Below, piece by piece: positions 13,093 through 27,127 of a stretch of DNA of 64,000 nt. Source of the stretch: Octopus vulgaris (taxonomy: Eukaryota); assembly GCA_951406725.2 (NCBI GenBank), contig OX597827.1:8432001-8496000 (forward strand), written 5' to 3'. Below the pieces are notes generated by a model. It was given only the letters and a program-made list of their open reading frames with translations. It was not told where the DNA came from and made no database searches. Position 1 is the stretch's first letter. Every line of letters starts with the position of its first letter. Position numbers and translations under genes: made by a program.

Positions 13093-13839
13093 ACGAGTTA
13101 TGGATTTTGGTTGATCACAGCAAAGATAGCTGCAATGGAGGATCAATGTGCAATACATTTCAGGATTATTTACTTTACCAAAAATATATCTACAAAAAGT
13201 GAGATTGTGTATGCATGTTCCAAGTTTTAGTCTATAGTTCCACAAATTATTTTTTCATCAGAGCACGTCATTTCAAGGAAAACTTCAGACACTAGGTGAC
13301 ATATTTTGAAGCCACCACAAGAAACTGTAATTAACAGCAGAAAAAAGTTACTGATGAAAAAATAAATAACTTAGTGCAATTATGTAAAGTAAAAATTGAA
13401 ACTAGTTCTCACAGAAAATTGAAATACAGGTAAGAGTAACATATTATTTATGGATTATATTTGTTTTTCCTTTGCAAATTATTATGAAGCACAAATTGGA
13501 TTCTCTCTTCTGGATGGCATGGATGCAACAGTTCTGTTAGTAACAATATTTGAAGACCAACTGAGAATTGCCAGCATATTATTAACAAAGAATGTAGAAA
13601 ATATAATGAAATCATATGATTCAATTTATGTTGGTATTGGGGAAACTATGTTAAGCTGGGTACATTTGTTAGTATGTGTTTGTTTGTTTATTTATGACAT
13701 GTTTTTTTTAATTATATATACAGGTGTGTCATAATTTCCATTATTTTAATTTTATCTAATCCTTAATTGGTTAAATAAGGCATTAAAGGTGAAAACTGGA
13801 GTCCCTGTAGAACCAATATTATATGGTCCTGTGTGTTTA

Positions 13840-13845
13840 TATATG

Positions 13846-13898
<53 letters not shown>

Positions 13899-14005
13899 GT
13901 GTGTGTGTGTGTGTGTGTATGAATATATATATGTGTGTGTATATATATATATACATACACACACATATATATATATATATGTGTGTGTTTGTGTGTATGT
14001 ATATA

Positions 14006-14050
<45 letters not shown>

Positions 14051-14076
14051 ACACATTTATATATATACATGCACAC

Positions 14077-14121
<45 letters not shown>

Positions 14122-14441
14122 GTATTTATGTATGCATGTATATACTAATCAATGTAGATGCAGTATTCTATGATCAAAAGGCCTTCATCTTCAGGCAAAA
14201 TGCTAGTTGGTTTCAAGTAAGGTACATCTTTTTGAGATTTGCATTTCAAACAGCTGAGCTGCAGCACGTTTTGTTTCTGTAGCACTTAATAAGTCTGCAA
14301 CACAAGAAGTGTCTTTGTGAACTCACACACAAATATATACCCATAAACACAAACACACATGCATACATATATATATGCATATACATATATCGTATATATA
14401 TATATGTATGTGTTACATCTATGTGTTTGTATGTGTGTGTA

Positions 14442-14486
<45 letters not shown>

Positions 14487-14708
14487 GTGTGTGTGTTTGT
14501 ATATATATATATATATAAAACAGTATATATGTAGCACTATGTATGAATATATATATGCATATATATGCATATATATGTATATATATGTGTGGGTATATAT
14601 GTGTGTATACATATAAATTCATAGATAGTGCTACATATATGCTGATACATATATGTATGCATTTATATATATGTAGATACATATATATATATATATATAT
14701 ATACACAC

Positions 14709-14760
<52 letters not shown>

Positions 14761-15165
14761 ATATGTACATATATACATACATGTATATGTACAAATGCAT
14801 ATATAAACACATATATATGTACATATGTAAATTTATTAGATGCATATATTAAAAGTATGAATATACATATATAGATAAATATACATATATATACATATGT
14901 ATTATTATTATTATTATCATCATTATGACACATTATTTAATAACATTTTGCTTTGGCTCCATGCAGCTTAAAGTTTTGTAGCCTCATCAGACGAATCTCA
15001 CAAGCTTGATGAAAGTTTCAGCTGCGTGGAGCCAAATTAAACTTATTTAATAATATATATAGCTATTACTGAATCTGTTCAGTGCCTCTTTCTTTTGCAT
15101 CTCCTCTCACACATATGTGTGTATATATATGTATGTATATATCTATATCTATATCTACATATATA

Positions 15166-15230
<65 letters not shown>

Positions 15231-15590
15231 CTATATATGTGTGTGTATGTATGTATATATATGTATGTGTGTGTATACATGCTTTGATATATATAAGTAT
15301 GTATGTAACTATACGCACATACATATATATATGTATGTATATATGCATTCTCACATAGATACACAAATATGCAGATATACTTTTGCATGTATACATATAT
15401 GTATATATAAATGTTTATATATATGTATATATAAATGTTTATATATATGTATATATAAATGTGTGTATTTCTGTATATATGTATACACACACACACGCAC
15501 ACATGCACACACACCCACATACATATACATACATACATACACAGACATATATGTGTGTGCGTGTGTATATATATATATATATATATACTT
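13840..15590. repeat. Compound (TA)n/(TG)n microsatellite field
   Basis: Direct inspection; source of many spurious YI/CV ORFs. Confidence 0.9.
14952..15035. repeat. Inverted repeat with an internal decayed CTGATGA motif
   Basis: tttggctccatgcagct...agctgcgtggagccaaa; minus strand CTGATGAggctacAAAA at 14990-14974. Confidence 0.6.
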
Positions 15591-16794
15591 ATACTTTTTC
15601 AGCTCAACAACTTAGACATGCTGCCAAATAAATATATGTGAATGTTCAATAGTCTATTCCAGTCAGTTTTAAATTATAATGAAAAGCAGTTTCTTGTTAA
15701 TATTTATTGTCGGTATTTTCTTTATTACAAATAATATTTTTTCTGCCCTTCAACTCTCCCATGTTTATGAATTACCTCTGCACATTTGATAAAACTAAAC
15801 ATACAATACCAGTGCATTTCTTGCTAAACAGAGATTAATAGTAATATAGTGACTGATGGTGTTAGATCTGTTATAGCAAAATAGTTTGAACTAGTCTGTA
15901 TATAATTATGTTTTCAAAGAACATTTATGAGAGTTGTAATACTTTATTATGTTTGCCGTGTGTAAAGTTGTCTTCCTTCATCCAACTATACTACTTGTAT
16001 TGGAATATGTGTAGTGTTCAGTGATGTAAAATCCTAAATTTGAAAAGAAAAACATTTTTACAAACTGTCTGTGTATGAGTGTATGTGTGCATATAGATAC
16101 GTGTGTCAGTGTGTGTTTATGTGAATGTGTGCATCAGTTAATGTTCTGAAAGTGATAGAGTTTGTAAATTTGTAACTTTACATAATGAAAGTAGTCTAAC
16201 AAAAGATAAACATGATACAACCTAATAAAATATATACAAGTAAACTATAAACAGAAAAATTGTATAAGAAAATTAAATATAAACTGTAGAAAGACCCTAC
16301 ACAAACCTAGAATTATTTTTGTTTCTCATGATAATTTTATTCTATCATATCTTTATCGGAAGTAAAATAATTGTCAAGTTAAATTATATTAGAGAAAACG
16401 ACTATAGTTGTCAGTGGTGTTAAATAAATTGAAAGTATTTTCAAAATAAACAGGTATTTTTCTTCCTTTACTTAAACTGTTCCCTTAGTTTCTGTCACTT
16501 TCTCACTTTTTATTTAACCTCACCAGCAAATATTTCTCACAAAACAGCTTATATTTTATAACTATAAACTACAAATCACAAGTTTAATTACAGGCAGTTC
16601 TATATTCAAATGTTGTAGTTTAATAAATACTTTTTTAGATTGGAATAAAACTATTTAAAAAGAAGTGTAGTGGATAAACAGGTGAAAAAATACTGTGTTT
16701 GAAAAGAAAATTTTATAAACATGCATCAAACTGCAAAAAAACATGCATCATATGTGTTAATAGTGAAAACTTGCAATATGAAAAACGATAGATT

Positions 16795-17012
16795 ACTTAC
16801 TTGTTACAAATAAATCTTCTGCAGTCTGTTTTTACATGAAAAGTGTATCCTGCTGTAGAGTTATACAGTTACTGCTGCTGTTGGTGTGAGTTGTGTGAAT
16901 ATGAGAGAGAGAGAGAGACCTGTAGTTTTACCATGTAGGGTGTGTGTGTAGTGTGTGTAACAGCCAATGACAGGCTGCCTAGAGGTCACATGAAAAGGAA
17001 CCAAACCAATGT
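16795..17012 (-). promoter_or_regulatory. Candidate promoter and short first exon
   Basis: Two CCAAT boxes and a GTCACATG E-box (~16960-17010), a GA tract, and a minus-strand donor AA|GTAAGT at 16800-16795 in a repeat-free stretch. Confidence 0.25.
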
Positions 17013-19076
17013 CTCTAATTTGAGCTGCTTACAACTTGAGCAGACAGAAATATGACTCACTTATTATCTTAGTGCTTAATTTTTTAACAAACTAATAAAG
17101 AAAAAAGATAAGGTAAATTTCAATAGTCAAATTTTCAGTTATATTATGAAATATTTTTATCAAATAAAAATCATTTTCACTTCAACTAAAAGAAAACTAT
17201 TAAGTGAGGAAGTAATGCTTTTCACTAGCAAGTTGCATTCATAGTCTTAAACAAACATTTATAGGGTTTCAAAGTCCATGTAGTAAGGACACTACTGCTT
17301 GCTAATGCAATTTTATACAAAATTGATATAAAGAATTCACAATAACCATTTTATATCTGAGAGGAACGTTCCTGAAATACAAATATGTTTCCCATTCAAT
17401 AATCAATACCAGGGGAAGGAGTATTGATTTCTTCTTAGTATTGGATATGTTTTTCTTTTTTTTAATATTTTTTTTTATTCTGTCAAGTTGCAAAATCATT
17501 ATTGAATTTTCTTCTAGACTTTTTTTTTTTTATCAAAACATGTGGAAAATATGCGAAAGAATACCAACTAATTAGAAAATTAGAGAAAAGACACCAACAT
17601 GATAAAATTTTCTGAATAAACAATTGTGTAAAATGCAATTAAATTAATTGGAGAGAAAAATATGTTGTGTTGAGAAGTATAGACAAAATATCTAGATTTA
17701 TTGAACAGAATCTTTTTCATTGTATTCAATATTGCAAGCAGTGTGCCACGTTGCCATCGGCAGGTTTTCAATCAATATAACAAGCTAACAAAAAGAAATG
17801 TTGGCTGAGCAAGGACCTTCTCACAGAGATGTCAATCATTTCAACGAATTTTTTTCGAAGCTGTCACTATATAAAATGATTTGTGTTTTCATTTCAAGTT
17901 TGATATTGTATTTTTGGCTGACGACGCCATTGAAACACAGAATCCTGTCTTAACTCTTATAATACAGAGCACTTTAAGAAGAAATGGAAAACGGAATAAT
18001 TTTTGTCTTCTTTTGACAGAAGCAAATAATATTTTCTTTTATTAGTAAATAACTAAAGCCTTGTTGATGAATTAATGAATAACTGAAATTAAAAGAAATA
18101 ACACTTCTAAGATGGTAATTTCCTTGAACTGGAATAAAATTTTGGTCTCTTTTTAATTCAAGTTTTTTTCTTGTTCCATCTTTTGTTTCGGGTTTTTGAA
18201 TAGATTCTTTGTGGAATATGCAATGTATTTCAAAGGTTAAAGAGAAGTTAACCCCAATGGTTTTAGATGTTTTCAATAAGGATTTCTTGATATTTCAATA
18301 AGAGTCTTGGATAAAATAACAAGAAGATTTAATTTTTGCAATTGATGAACTTAAAAACATGTAAGTAATTTCATTCTGAAATAGTTCCCAATACAAGCAA
18401 AAATTTTTTTTAAATCTCAAAAAGCTACTAGCCATGACTTAATGCTACCTGTGAAAATTTTTACCAATCAGTGTGAATGCAAGTAATACACATTGCTTTG
18501 TAACACTATTTCATTGTTCCCTTTTTGGAAATATTCTATAAGCCGAGTATTTAAAAACTTTTTTTTTCTTGCCTGCAACTAGATAGGAATTTTCATGGGA
18601 GTTGTATTTTATTTATTTTTTTCTCAAAATTTTGAAAGATTTTGTGTAAATGTCCAGTAATTAATATGAACGTTAGAATTCTTTGCCATCATAGCTGTCA
18701 GTGTTGTCAGCATCACCCCATCATCCTCATCTTCATCACAACCAATACCACCTCTACCTCCATCATCTCCAGATATCTTGGTAAAACGAACAGAGTACAA
18801 GTTTCCAAAATCATTACAGGTAGCATGTGCCCCTGGATATATTTAATTCTACTTCCCTTACAAAATAGTTCCCTTATTCTTAATGTAGAATGAAATCTAC
18901 TTTTACAATTAATTAAGGACTGTAGTAGTAGCTGAAATATTAAAGTAAACGACAAAATGCTTTGATGTATTCAGTTGTATTCCTATTGGTTCATGGTTCA
19001 AACTCAACAGAGCTAATCCCTGGAATTTTATCCCTGAATGGAACTATGGATAACTTCAACTGGCTATATCCTTCCA

Positions 19077-19473
19077 TTTACTCTTTTACTTGTTTCAGTC
19101 ATTTGACTGCGGCCATGCTGGAGCACCGCCTTTAGTCGAGCAAATCGACCCCAGGACTTATTCTTTGTAAGCCCAGTACTTATTCTATCAGTCCCTTTTG
19201 CCGAACCACTAAGTGACGGGGACGTAAACACACCAGCATCGTTTGTCAAGCAATGCTAGGGGGACAAACACAGACACACAAACATATACACACACACATA
19301 CATACATATATATACATATATACGACAGGCTTCTTTCAGTTTCCGTCTACCAAATCCACTCACAAGGCATTGGTCGGCCCAGGGCTATAGCAGAAGACGC
19401 TTGTCCAAGGTGCCATGCAGTGGGACTGAACCCGGAACCATGTGGTTGGTTAGCAAGCTACTTACCACACAGC
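19077..19473 (-). mobile_element. tRNA-derived SINE family A (CORE-like cttgggcaagt, internal TA/TG microsatellite, (AAAAGAGT)n tail)
   Basis: Near-identical to the other family A copies; A/B-box head. Confidence 0.85.
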
Positions 19474-20354
19474 AAAAATAAAATGGTCTTGCACTGAAGT
19501 AATAGCTCAATCTGCTAGAATTAACAGCTAAATCTACCACATATCACACACAGCCTACCAATAAACTTGAATGCAGAAAAGATGAATGAGATAGGCTGGT
19601 CCTAGATGGATGCCCTTAAAAAGTTAGAAGGATAAAAAGTAGGAATGTATTTTATGATAAGTCTGAGATCAGGATTTACTTGAGTGCAAACATGAAAAAC
19701 AACAACAACAAACATCATCATTTTTGCCAAGCACGTGTTCTAACTATATCTTACTTTTTATATATGTGTGTATATGTGTATTTGTGTATGTGTGTTTGTG
19801 TGTGTATGTGTGTTTGTGTGTGTGCACATACACACACACACACACAGATATATAGTCAGTTAATGAAATCTAAAACACTACATTGGTTCTTGTTCTCAGT
19901 TGAAATACATATATCCTTAAGGATGAATTTCTTGACATTTCCATCTCTAATAACTCCAAGACCTTATATGTTACCAAAAAGAAAAATTAATCATCGTGAC
20001 GACTATTGTTCTAGAGGCATGTCATGTGATGTGTACATGAGGTGGGTTTTTTTTTTTTTTATACTGCATGCATAGGTTCAGTTTCAGTTCCTAATTAGAA
20101 TCACTGGAGTTGCTAAAATATATCATTCAGAAAGACATGAATGGGATACCTTCTCTTTGTTTTATTTTACAGATGCTGTTATGGCTGTGTTATTCAGATC
20201 TTCATTCACAACCATGCAGCCTTGGGTTCAATGATCCTGTATGCCACATTTGAGAAGATATTTCTATTGTAACCTCAGTTTGTCAACTACCTTGTGAACT
20301 GCATTTGACAGATGGAAACTGTGCAGAAGGTTGCTCTTGTGGCTATGTGTTTAC

Positions 20355-20740
20355 ATGGCTGTGTGTTAAGAAGGTTGCTTCCCAGCCACATGGTTCTGAG
20401 TTCAGTCCCACTGCGTGGCACCATGAGCAAGTGTCTCCTACTACAGCCTTAGGCTGACTAAAGCCTTGTGAGTGGATCTGGTAGACAGAAACTGAAAGAA
20501 GCCTGTTGTATATATGTATATATTTATGCCCCCCCCCCCCCACCGATCACTGCTTGACAAACAGTGTCAGTGTGTTTGCATTCCTGTAACTTAGTGGTTC
20601 AGTAAAAGAGACTGATAGAATAAGTACTAGGCTTACAAAGAATAAGTCTCAGGGGTCGATTTGTTTGACTAAAAATCCTTTAAGGCAATGCTCCAGCATG
20701 GCTGTAGTCAAATGATTGAAACAAGTAAAGGAATAAAAAA
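20355..20740 (+). mobile_element. SINE family A, older copy
   Basis: Same head, body and tail with more substitutions. Confidence 0.75.
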
Positions 20741-21247
20741 AGAATTTATTTGTTTATCAATCTTTTTGTGCATGTGAAAGGATAGACCCAACACTTCCTC
20801 TGCATGTCATAAAAGGCAACTAAAAGAGGTTGAGATAAGATTTACATTCTGGCCTCCTAAAACTCTCACCAGTAATGACTACTCAAATAGACCCATGTAC
20901 TGGAGGGTTGTTGCCTGAGTGGTGCAAAGGTGTCATCTGCCAGAAAGAGGGAGCCACCGACAAATGATGGATATAGCAATGTGCTGTTATGGTGCACTTC
21001 CACTGCATGGCATCATGGATAAGTTACTTGTAATATAGCCCCACGCCAATCAGAGCTTCATGAGTTGATTTGGTAGATACAGAAACTAACATATATATAT
21101 ATACATACATATACATACATATATATATACATATATATTATCTTTTACTTTTTTCAGTCATTAGACTGCAGCTATGCTGTATATATATGTGTGTATATAG
21201 AAATATGTATGTGTATATTATGTATTTGCATATATATATATACTAAG

Positions 21248-21320
21248 CAAAACTAGAGAATTAGTTCTGAAATTATTTAATTATGTAATTAAATAATTTC
21301 AGAACCATTTCTCCTGTTTT
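21248..21320. repeat. Fold-back inverted repeat next to (TA)n
   Basis: 20-bp perfect arms gttctgaaattatttaatta (21264-21283 / 21286-21305) with imperfect extension. Confidence 0.8.
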
Positions 21321-21605
21321 GTTTTTCTACCTGTGTACTCTGTGATGTTGGTAACCATGGAGACCAGTAGTAGTAAAGTTTGACTTTAGTACACAGGTGT
21401 TCTCTTCACAGCTTCACAGCTTTCGCTTTTGATGTATAAGGATGCACATAGAGTTATAAATACTAGTTGGATGTCATGCAATTTAAATGGAACTATGCAT
21501 ATATGTATATACATATATGTATAGGTTATGTATGTATGTATGTATGTATGTATGTATGTATGTATGTATGTATGCATGCATATATATATGCATACCTCAA
21601 TACAT

Positions 21606-21647
<42 letters not shown>

Positions 21648-21732
21648 TATAATTATGTGCATACATACATCTATATATATATGTACTGAAGTATGCATAT
21701 GTATGTGTATGTGTGTGTGCATGTATGTGTGT

Positions 21733-21895
21733 ACAGGAGTGTCTGTGTGGTAAGAAGCTTGTTTCCCAACCACATGGTTCCGGGTTCAGTCCCACTGCAT
21801 GGCATCTTAGGCATGTGCCTTCTACTATAGCCTTGGGCCAACCAATGCCTTGTGAGTGGATTTGGTAGATGAAAACTGAAAGAAGCCTGTCATAT
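21733..21895 (+). mobile_element. SINE family A 5' half, interrupted in its TA tract by a hammerhead cassette
   Basis: caggagtgtctgtgtggtaagaagc...gaaagaagcctgtc, then (TA)n. Confidence 0.75.
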
Positions 21896-21927
21896 ATATA
21901 TATATAACTTAATTATCCTCTCACACC

Positions 21928-21979
21928 GTCTCTGATGAAGGGAAGTAATTAATAAATATCCTGGAAACAGCTGTAAGAC
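21928..21979 (+). ncRNA. Type-I minimal hammerhead ribozyme motif, intact core
   Basis: gtct CTGATGA aggga...atcctg GAAA CAGCTG TA agac: 4-bp stem I, palindromic stem III, GUA triplet; cassette flanked by (TA)n. Confidence 0.75.
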
Positions 21980-22080
21980 CTTCTATCTATAAATGTTCTA
22001 ATATCTACTCATCTACACAACCTTGTTCTTTTATCTTATTACGCAAAAAATTCTTATATATATATATATAAATATATATA

Positions 22081-22118
<38 letters not shown>

Positions 22119-22762
22119 CATACAGGTGCATGTGTGTGTGTTCATGTGTTTATGTCTGTATGTGTGCATGCATGCATGTGCAATTGTGTGTATTTGTGTG
22201 GTTGTTTAAACTGTGCCTCTCTAAAAATTGCTTAGCTATGGCCAGTGACATTGCTCTCAGTTTTCTTGTCAACAGGTCATCCACTGTTTTTTAAGCTTTT
22301 GGAAATATGTGGAACAGAGTATCTTCCACCTGAAACACAGGTAAGCATTAGTTATAGGAAGGGAAGCCAGTTGTAAAATTTGGTAGATTATTTTCATTTC
22401 TGTTGCATTCAGCTTCAGCAAGTATTTCAATATCTTAATACAATTAATAGGCTCAATAAATTATTTATCTTACCCATACTAGCATGATAAAAGCAAATGT
22501 TAAAACGAACGAATGTGTTCCTATGTTTATGTTTACATGTAAAACAAATGGCTAGCTTTATGTCCTTTTCGGAAAACTATAAATTAACCAATTGTTAAAC
22601 TAAGACTGATAAAAAAGAAATCAAACTGAAATAAGAACTGGCACTGGAACCTATATTACCAGCTAAAAAAACCTTAGACAGTGCCCCAGCATGGCCACAG
22701 TCTAATCACTGAAACCAGTAAAAGAATTGACCAAATTATAGATTTGAGACTTCATGAAATAA

Positions 22763-23170
22763 TTTACTCTTTTACTTGTTACAGTCATTTGACTGTGGCC
22801 ATGCTGGAGCACCGCCTTTAGTCGAGCAAATCGACCCCGGGACTTATTCTTTGTAAGCCCAGTACTTATTCTATCAGTCTCTTTTGCCGAACCGCTAATT
22901 GATGGGGATGTAAACACACCAGCATCGGTTGTCAAGCAATGCTAGAGGGACAAACACAGACACACAACCCCCCCACACACACACACACACATATATATAC
23001 ATATATACAACAGGCTTCTTTCAGTTTCCGTCTACCAAATCCACTCACAATGCATTGGTCGGCCCGGGGCTATAGCAGAAGATACTTGCCCAAGATGCCA
23101 CGCAGTGGGACTGAACCCGGAACCATGTGGTTGGTTAGCAAGCTACTTACCACACAGCCACTCCTGCGCC
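22763..23170 (-). mobile_element. SINE family A
   Basis: Full length from ggcgcaggag head to aaaagagtaaa tail. Confidence 0.85.
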
Positions 23171-23857
23171 TATAATTGCTGTTTTTAATATTGTCTTTCG
23201 TGTTGTTACTATTCATAACATTTAAGAGTTGCTTGGCAAAACAGAAGAGATGCAGACTATGAGCTTCATTGCTCTTTGTTATGAGCTCGAATTCTCTTTG
23301 GGATAATATATATACATATAAATATATATGTGTGTGTGTGTGTGAGAGGTATATACAAGGACTGATTGAATTAATTATGCACCTCTCTCCAGGAGGCGTT
23401 TTTGTAACAATATGACTAATTGTGATTAACCATACTAAACATTATAAAATTAGCAATAAAAACTTCATGTGAGGTAGTATTTCTTTCTCAATAGCTATGT
23501 TGTTTAGTGTGGGTTGGATGTTTGTGCAAATCTTAGGTAAATGTAAAAATTTGGTAGAGTATTTTCATTTCTGCTGCATTCAGCTTTGGCAATTATTTCA
23601 ATGTTTGTATACAATCAATATGCTAACATATAGACTCACAGTCTAGTTGCAACTGTGTAATGCACTTACACACACATGCACACATACGCACACATATGCA
23701 CACATACACACACACACTCACAAACGCATGTACAAGCTCACACATACACACACAAACAAACAAAGAAACAAGCAGACAAATCATTTTGCTATATTTCTGA
23801 CAGAACTGATAAAAATATATAGCTAAATAACAAATTATGAATTTCCCTACCTCTTAG

Positions 23858-23870
23858 AATAATAATAATG

Positions 23871-23965
<95 letters not shown>
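23858..23965. repeat. (TAA)n microsatellite
   Basis: Direct inspection. Confidence 0.95.
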
Positions 23966-23967
<2 letters not shown>

Positions 23968-25419
23968 ACCACAATAACAACAATAATATAGAAAAGCAAA
24001 AAAAAAAAAAATCTTTGTTAAAAATTCTATACCGTCTTAATAGCAAGTAAGACATTAGAAAGATTCTGAAATAGGTATTTTCTAGCTTAGCACATCACAA
24101 AAATGCCACAAACTGTGTTGCTTTCAATACTGTTTGTGGAAGATGTGTCATAAGGTTTTGACAGCAGCTTTTACCAGTCTCTCCCCTGCAATAAAATTTT
24201 TATTTATATTTTATAATCAACTGCCATCATTTTTTTTTTTTTTTTTTTTTTTCTATGTTTTGTGTGACTTGTAAATATGCCAGAAAAGATTTGAAATTCT
24301 TAGCTCCGAAGTATTTTCAGCTACGGTTTAACTTTATTCTTGACTGATATATTGTAGAAAATTGTAATTATTCCTTACTCAGTACTTCGTAATTAAATAA
24401 AAGTAATGAATTTCATTAAATAAGTTAAAAATAGATAAAATTATCACTGGTGTTATTTCAGTCTGCCAATTTCCATTAATTGGTCAGAAGCATATTAGTA
24501 ACCCATGTAATTAAAAGAAAATCTCATCACGGGATCCAGGTATTATGTTCATTAAAATAGTCGAGAGCAATGGATAATGATATTTTAGGATATACATTAA
24601 TTATGAAGGCATTTCTAAAAATATATAACGAGCAATAGCCTAATCTTCAGAAACTTGCTCGTCTCCTTTCTTTCTCTGCTTTGCTTTATATTAAATTTCT
24701 TTGTAATGATTGCTGCTATGATGACTTTAAACATAATTTTCAATTTGAATACCAAGCCAAAATAATCTTACTAATAACTAATCTCTAAACACTAGACACT
24801 ATGAAGGTGACTTTAAAATACTCGGCATTGTTGTATTTCAAAATTCTTTATTTTCTATTGTACTACTATCTATTTTATTCTACAATAGTGTTAATAATCT
24901 TCTCATCTCAATATGAACTTAATGTATAAAAATAAATATCGCCTCAACATTAGCAGCAATAATTTTGGTTATAAAGATCAATTCTTCAAAATATATTATC
25001 ATATTCATATACAATAGATGATGAGTACTTATAATTGATGCCAACAGAGTGTTTCCTCAAAATATGGCAAAAACACTTTTTCAAAACCTTCCACAATAGA
25101 TACATCGTGCAAATTATCCAAATAAATAAATGAAGTTTCTTGTTTAATAAGCTATCAGACCAACTGTAGCCCAAACCTTAGAATAAGCACCCAGATCTCT
25201 TTCATTAATATTGGTTTCAAATTTTGGTTCAATGCCAACAATCTCGAGGGAGAGATAAAGTTGATTACATCGACCCCAGTACTTCACTGGTAATTATTTT
25301 ATCGACCCTGAAAGTATGAAAGGCAAAGTCAACCCCAGCTGCATTTGAACTCCGAACACTCTTTTATTTAATATTACCGCCTGCTTCCTACAATTAGGAA
25401 TCTCTGAATACACACACAC

Positions 25420-25451
<32 letters not shown>

Positions 25452-26041
25452 TTCCTTATATATATAATGAAAGATTGGAAACAAACAAGCTTGACTTGTT
25501 TTTTTCTGCTTAAAATCAATTCTGAATATATTTCACAGAAATGATGTCATTTACCCAAAGCAAATATCAGGCTAGACAAGAACAAGAATCTTACTCAACA
25601 ACAATAAAAGAAATGTTTTTAAATTCTTGTCATTTATGATGCAGCATAAAAAAATAAACCAAATAAGATTTCATTGATGTATCAGTAATCAACTTGAATG
25701 TATTTCTCTCATTTGGTGACAAAAACATATCTAGATGAGACCTTATATTTGTGTTTACCGTTATTAGAAATGTCCAAAGCCAAGTGGTTATGACACAAGC
25801 CTCTCAGGCAGACATACTTAAACATAACTATTCTTGTATGTTGTTAAACACAACACATTATCAATTAATTGCCAGAGAGATACAAGCACCACAAGAGTGT
25901 AATAGAGAAAAGGAATTCTTTCTCCAAAGTTTCTAAATGACCTTATATGGTTTAAAAGACAATATAAATATGCAGGATCATATATGTGTGTATTTAATGT
26001 GGATGTAAAATTACTTGTCATTAGAGCTTTTGCAGTAACTA

Positions 26042-26264
26042 TACTCTTTTACTCTTTTACTTGTTTCAGTCATCTGACTGCGGCCATGCTGGAGCACCAC
26101 CTTTAATCAAGCAACTTGACCCCGGGACTTATTCTTTTTGTAAGCCCAGTACTTATTCTATCGGTCTCTTTTGCCGAACCACTAAGTAACGGGGAAATAA
26201 ACACACCAGCATCAGTTGTCAAGCAATGCTAGGGGGACAAACACAGACACACAAACAAACACAC

Positions 26265-26297
<33 letters not shown>

Positions 26298-26460
26298 CGA
26301 CAGGCTTCTTTCAGTTTCCGTCTACCAAATCCACTCACAAGGCATTGGTCGGCCCGGGGCTATAGCAGAAGACACTTGCCCAAGATGCCACGCAGTGGGA
26401 CTGAACCCGGAACCATGTGGTTGGTTAGGAAGCTACTTACCACACAGCCACTCCTGCGCC
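26042..26460 (-). mobile_element. SINE family A
   Basis: Full-length copy. Confidence 0.85.
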
Positions 26461-26951
26461 TGTTGAAGATAAATACTCTTTATTCCCAAAACCTTTGTGA
26501 TATCTAATTTCACAATATAACTAAATACATACAGAGATGACTTCATACATTCATCATCTACACTGTGTTGGCACGCTAATAATAGAATATACCACACACA
26601 CAAACACACACACACACATACCATACATACGTATACATACACCACTCTCACTCACACACACATATGTACATTAATCTATATAGTTTACAATATTACAGAT
26701 CTATTTCAGCCTATCTTACCTATCAGTTTCACACATGAATTAGGTAATTAGATGATAACTTAACTCTGCACTTATCAGAGTGGTTGATATGGACAGTACG
26801 GCAGCGGTTTTTTGAATCACTTAACACATCCACTCTACTGACAAATATACAAGTGTCTATTTTTTTGACATAGTTACTTGGACAACTCTCTCTCCCTCCC
26901 TCTCTCTCTATCTCTCTCTCTCTCCACACACGCATACACACATATATATAG

Positions 26952-27127
26952 CATCATCATCATCATCGTTTAACGTCCGCTTTCCATGCTAGCATGGGTT
27001 GGACGATTTTGACTGAGGGCTGATGAACTAGATGGCTGCACCAGGCTCCAATCTTGACCTGGTAGAGTTTCTACAGCTGGATGCCCTTCCTAATGCCAAC
27101 CACTCCGAGAGTGTAGTGGGTGCTTAT
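26952..27127 (-). mobile_element. SINE-like family C, truncated
   Basis: (cat)n tail plus core. Confidence 0.75.

Noticed and set aside
11185-15641. Many ORFs rich in YI/CV/HT repeats (also elsewhere in the window)
   Set aside because: Translations of TA/CA microsatellites.
17910-17955. CTGACGA...GAAA...TC hammerhead-like string
   Set aside because: Stem II cannot pair and stem I is very weak; likely chance.
22939-23175. Recurrent ORF ...QASFSFRLPNPLTRHWSARGYSRR... (also 26226, 54933)
   Set aside because: Antisense translation of SINE family A, not a gene family.
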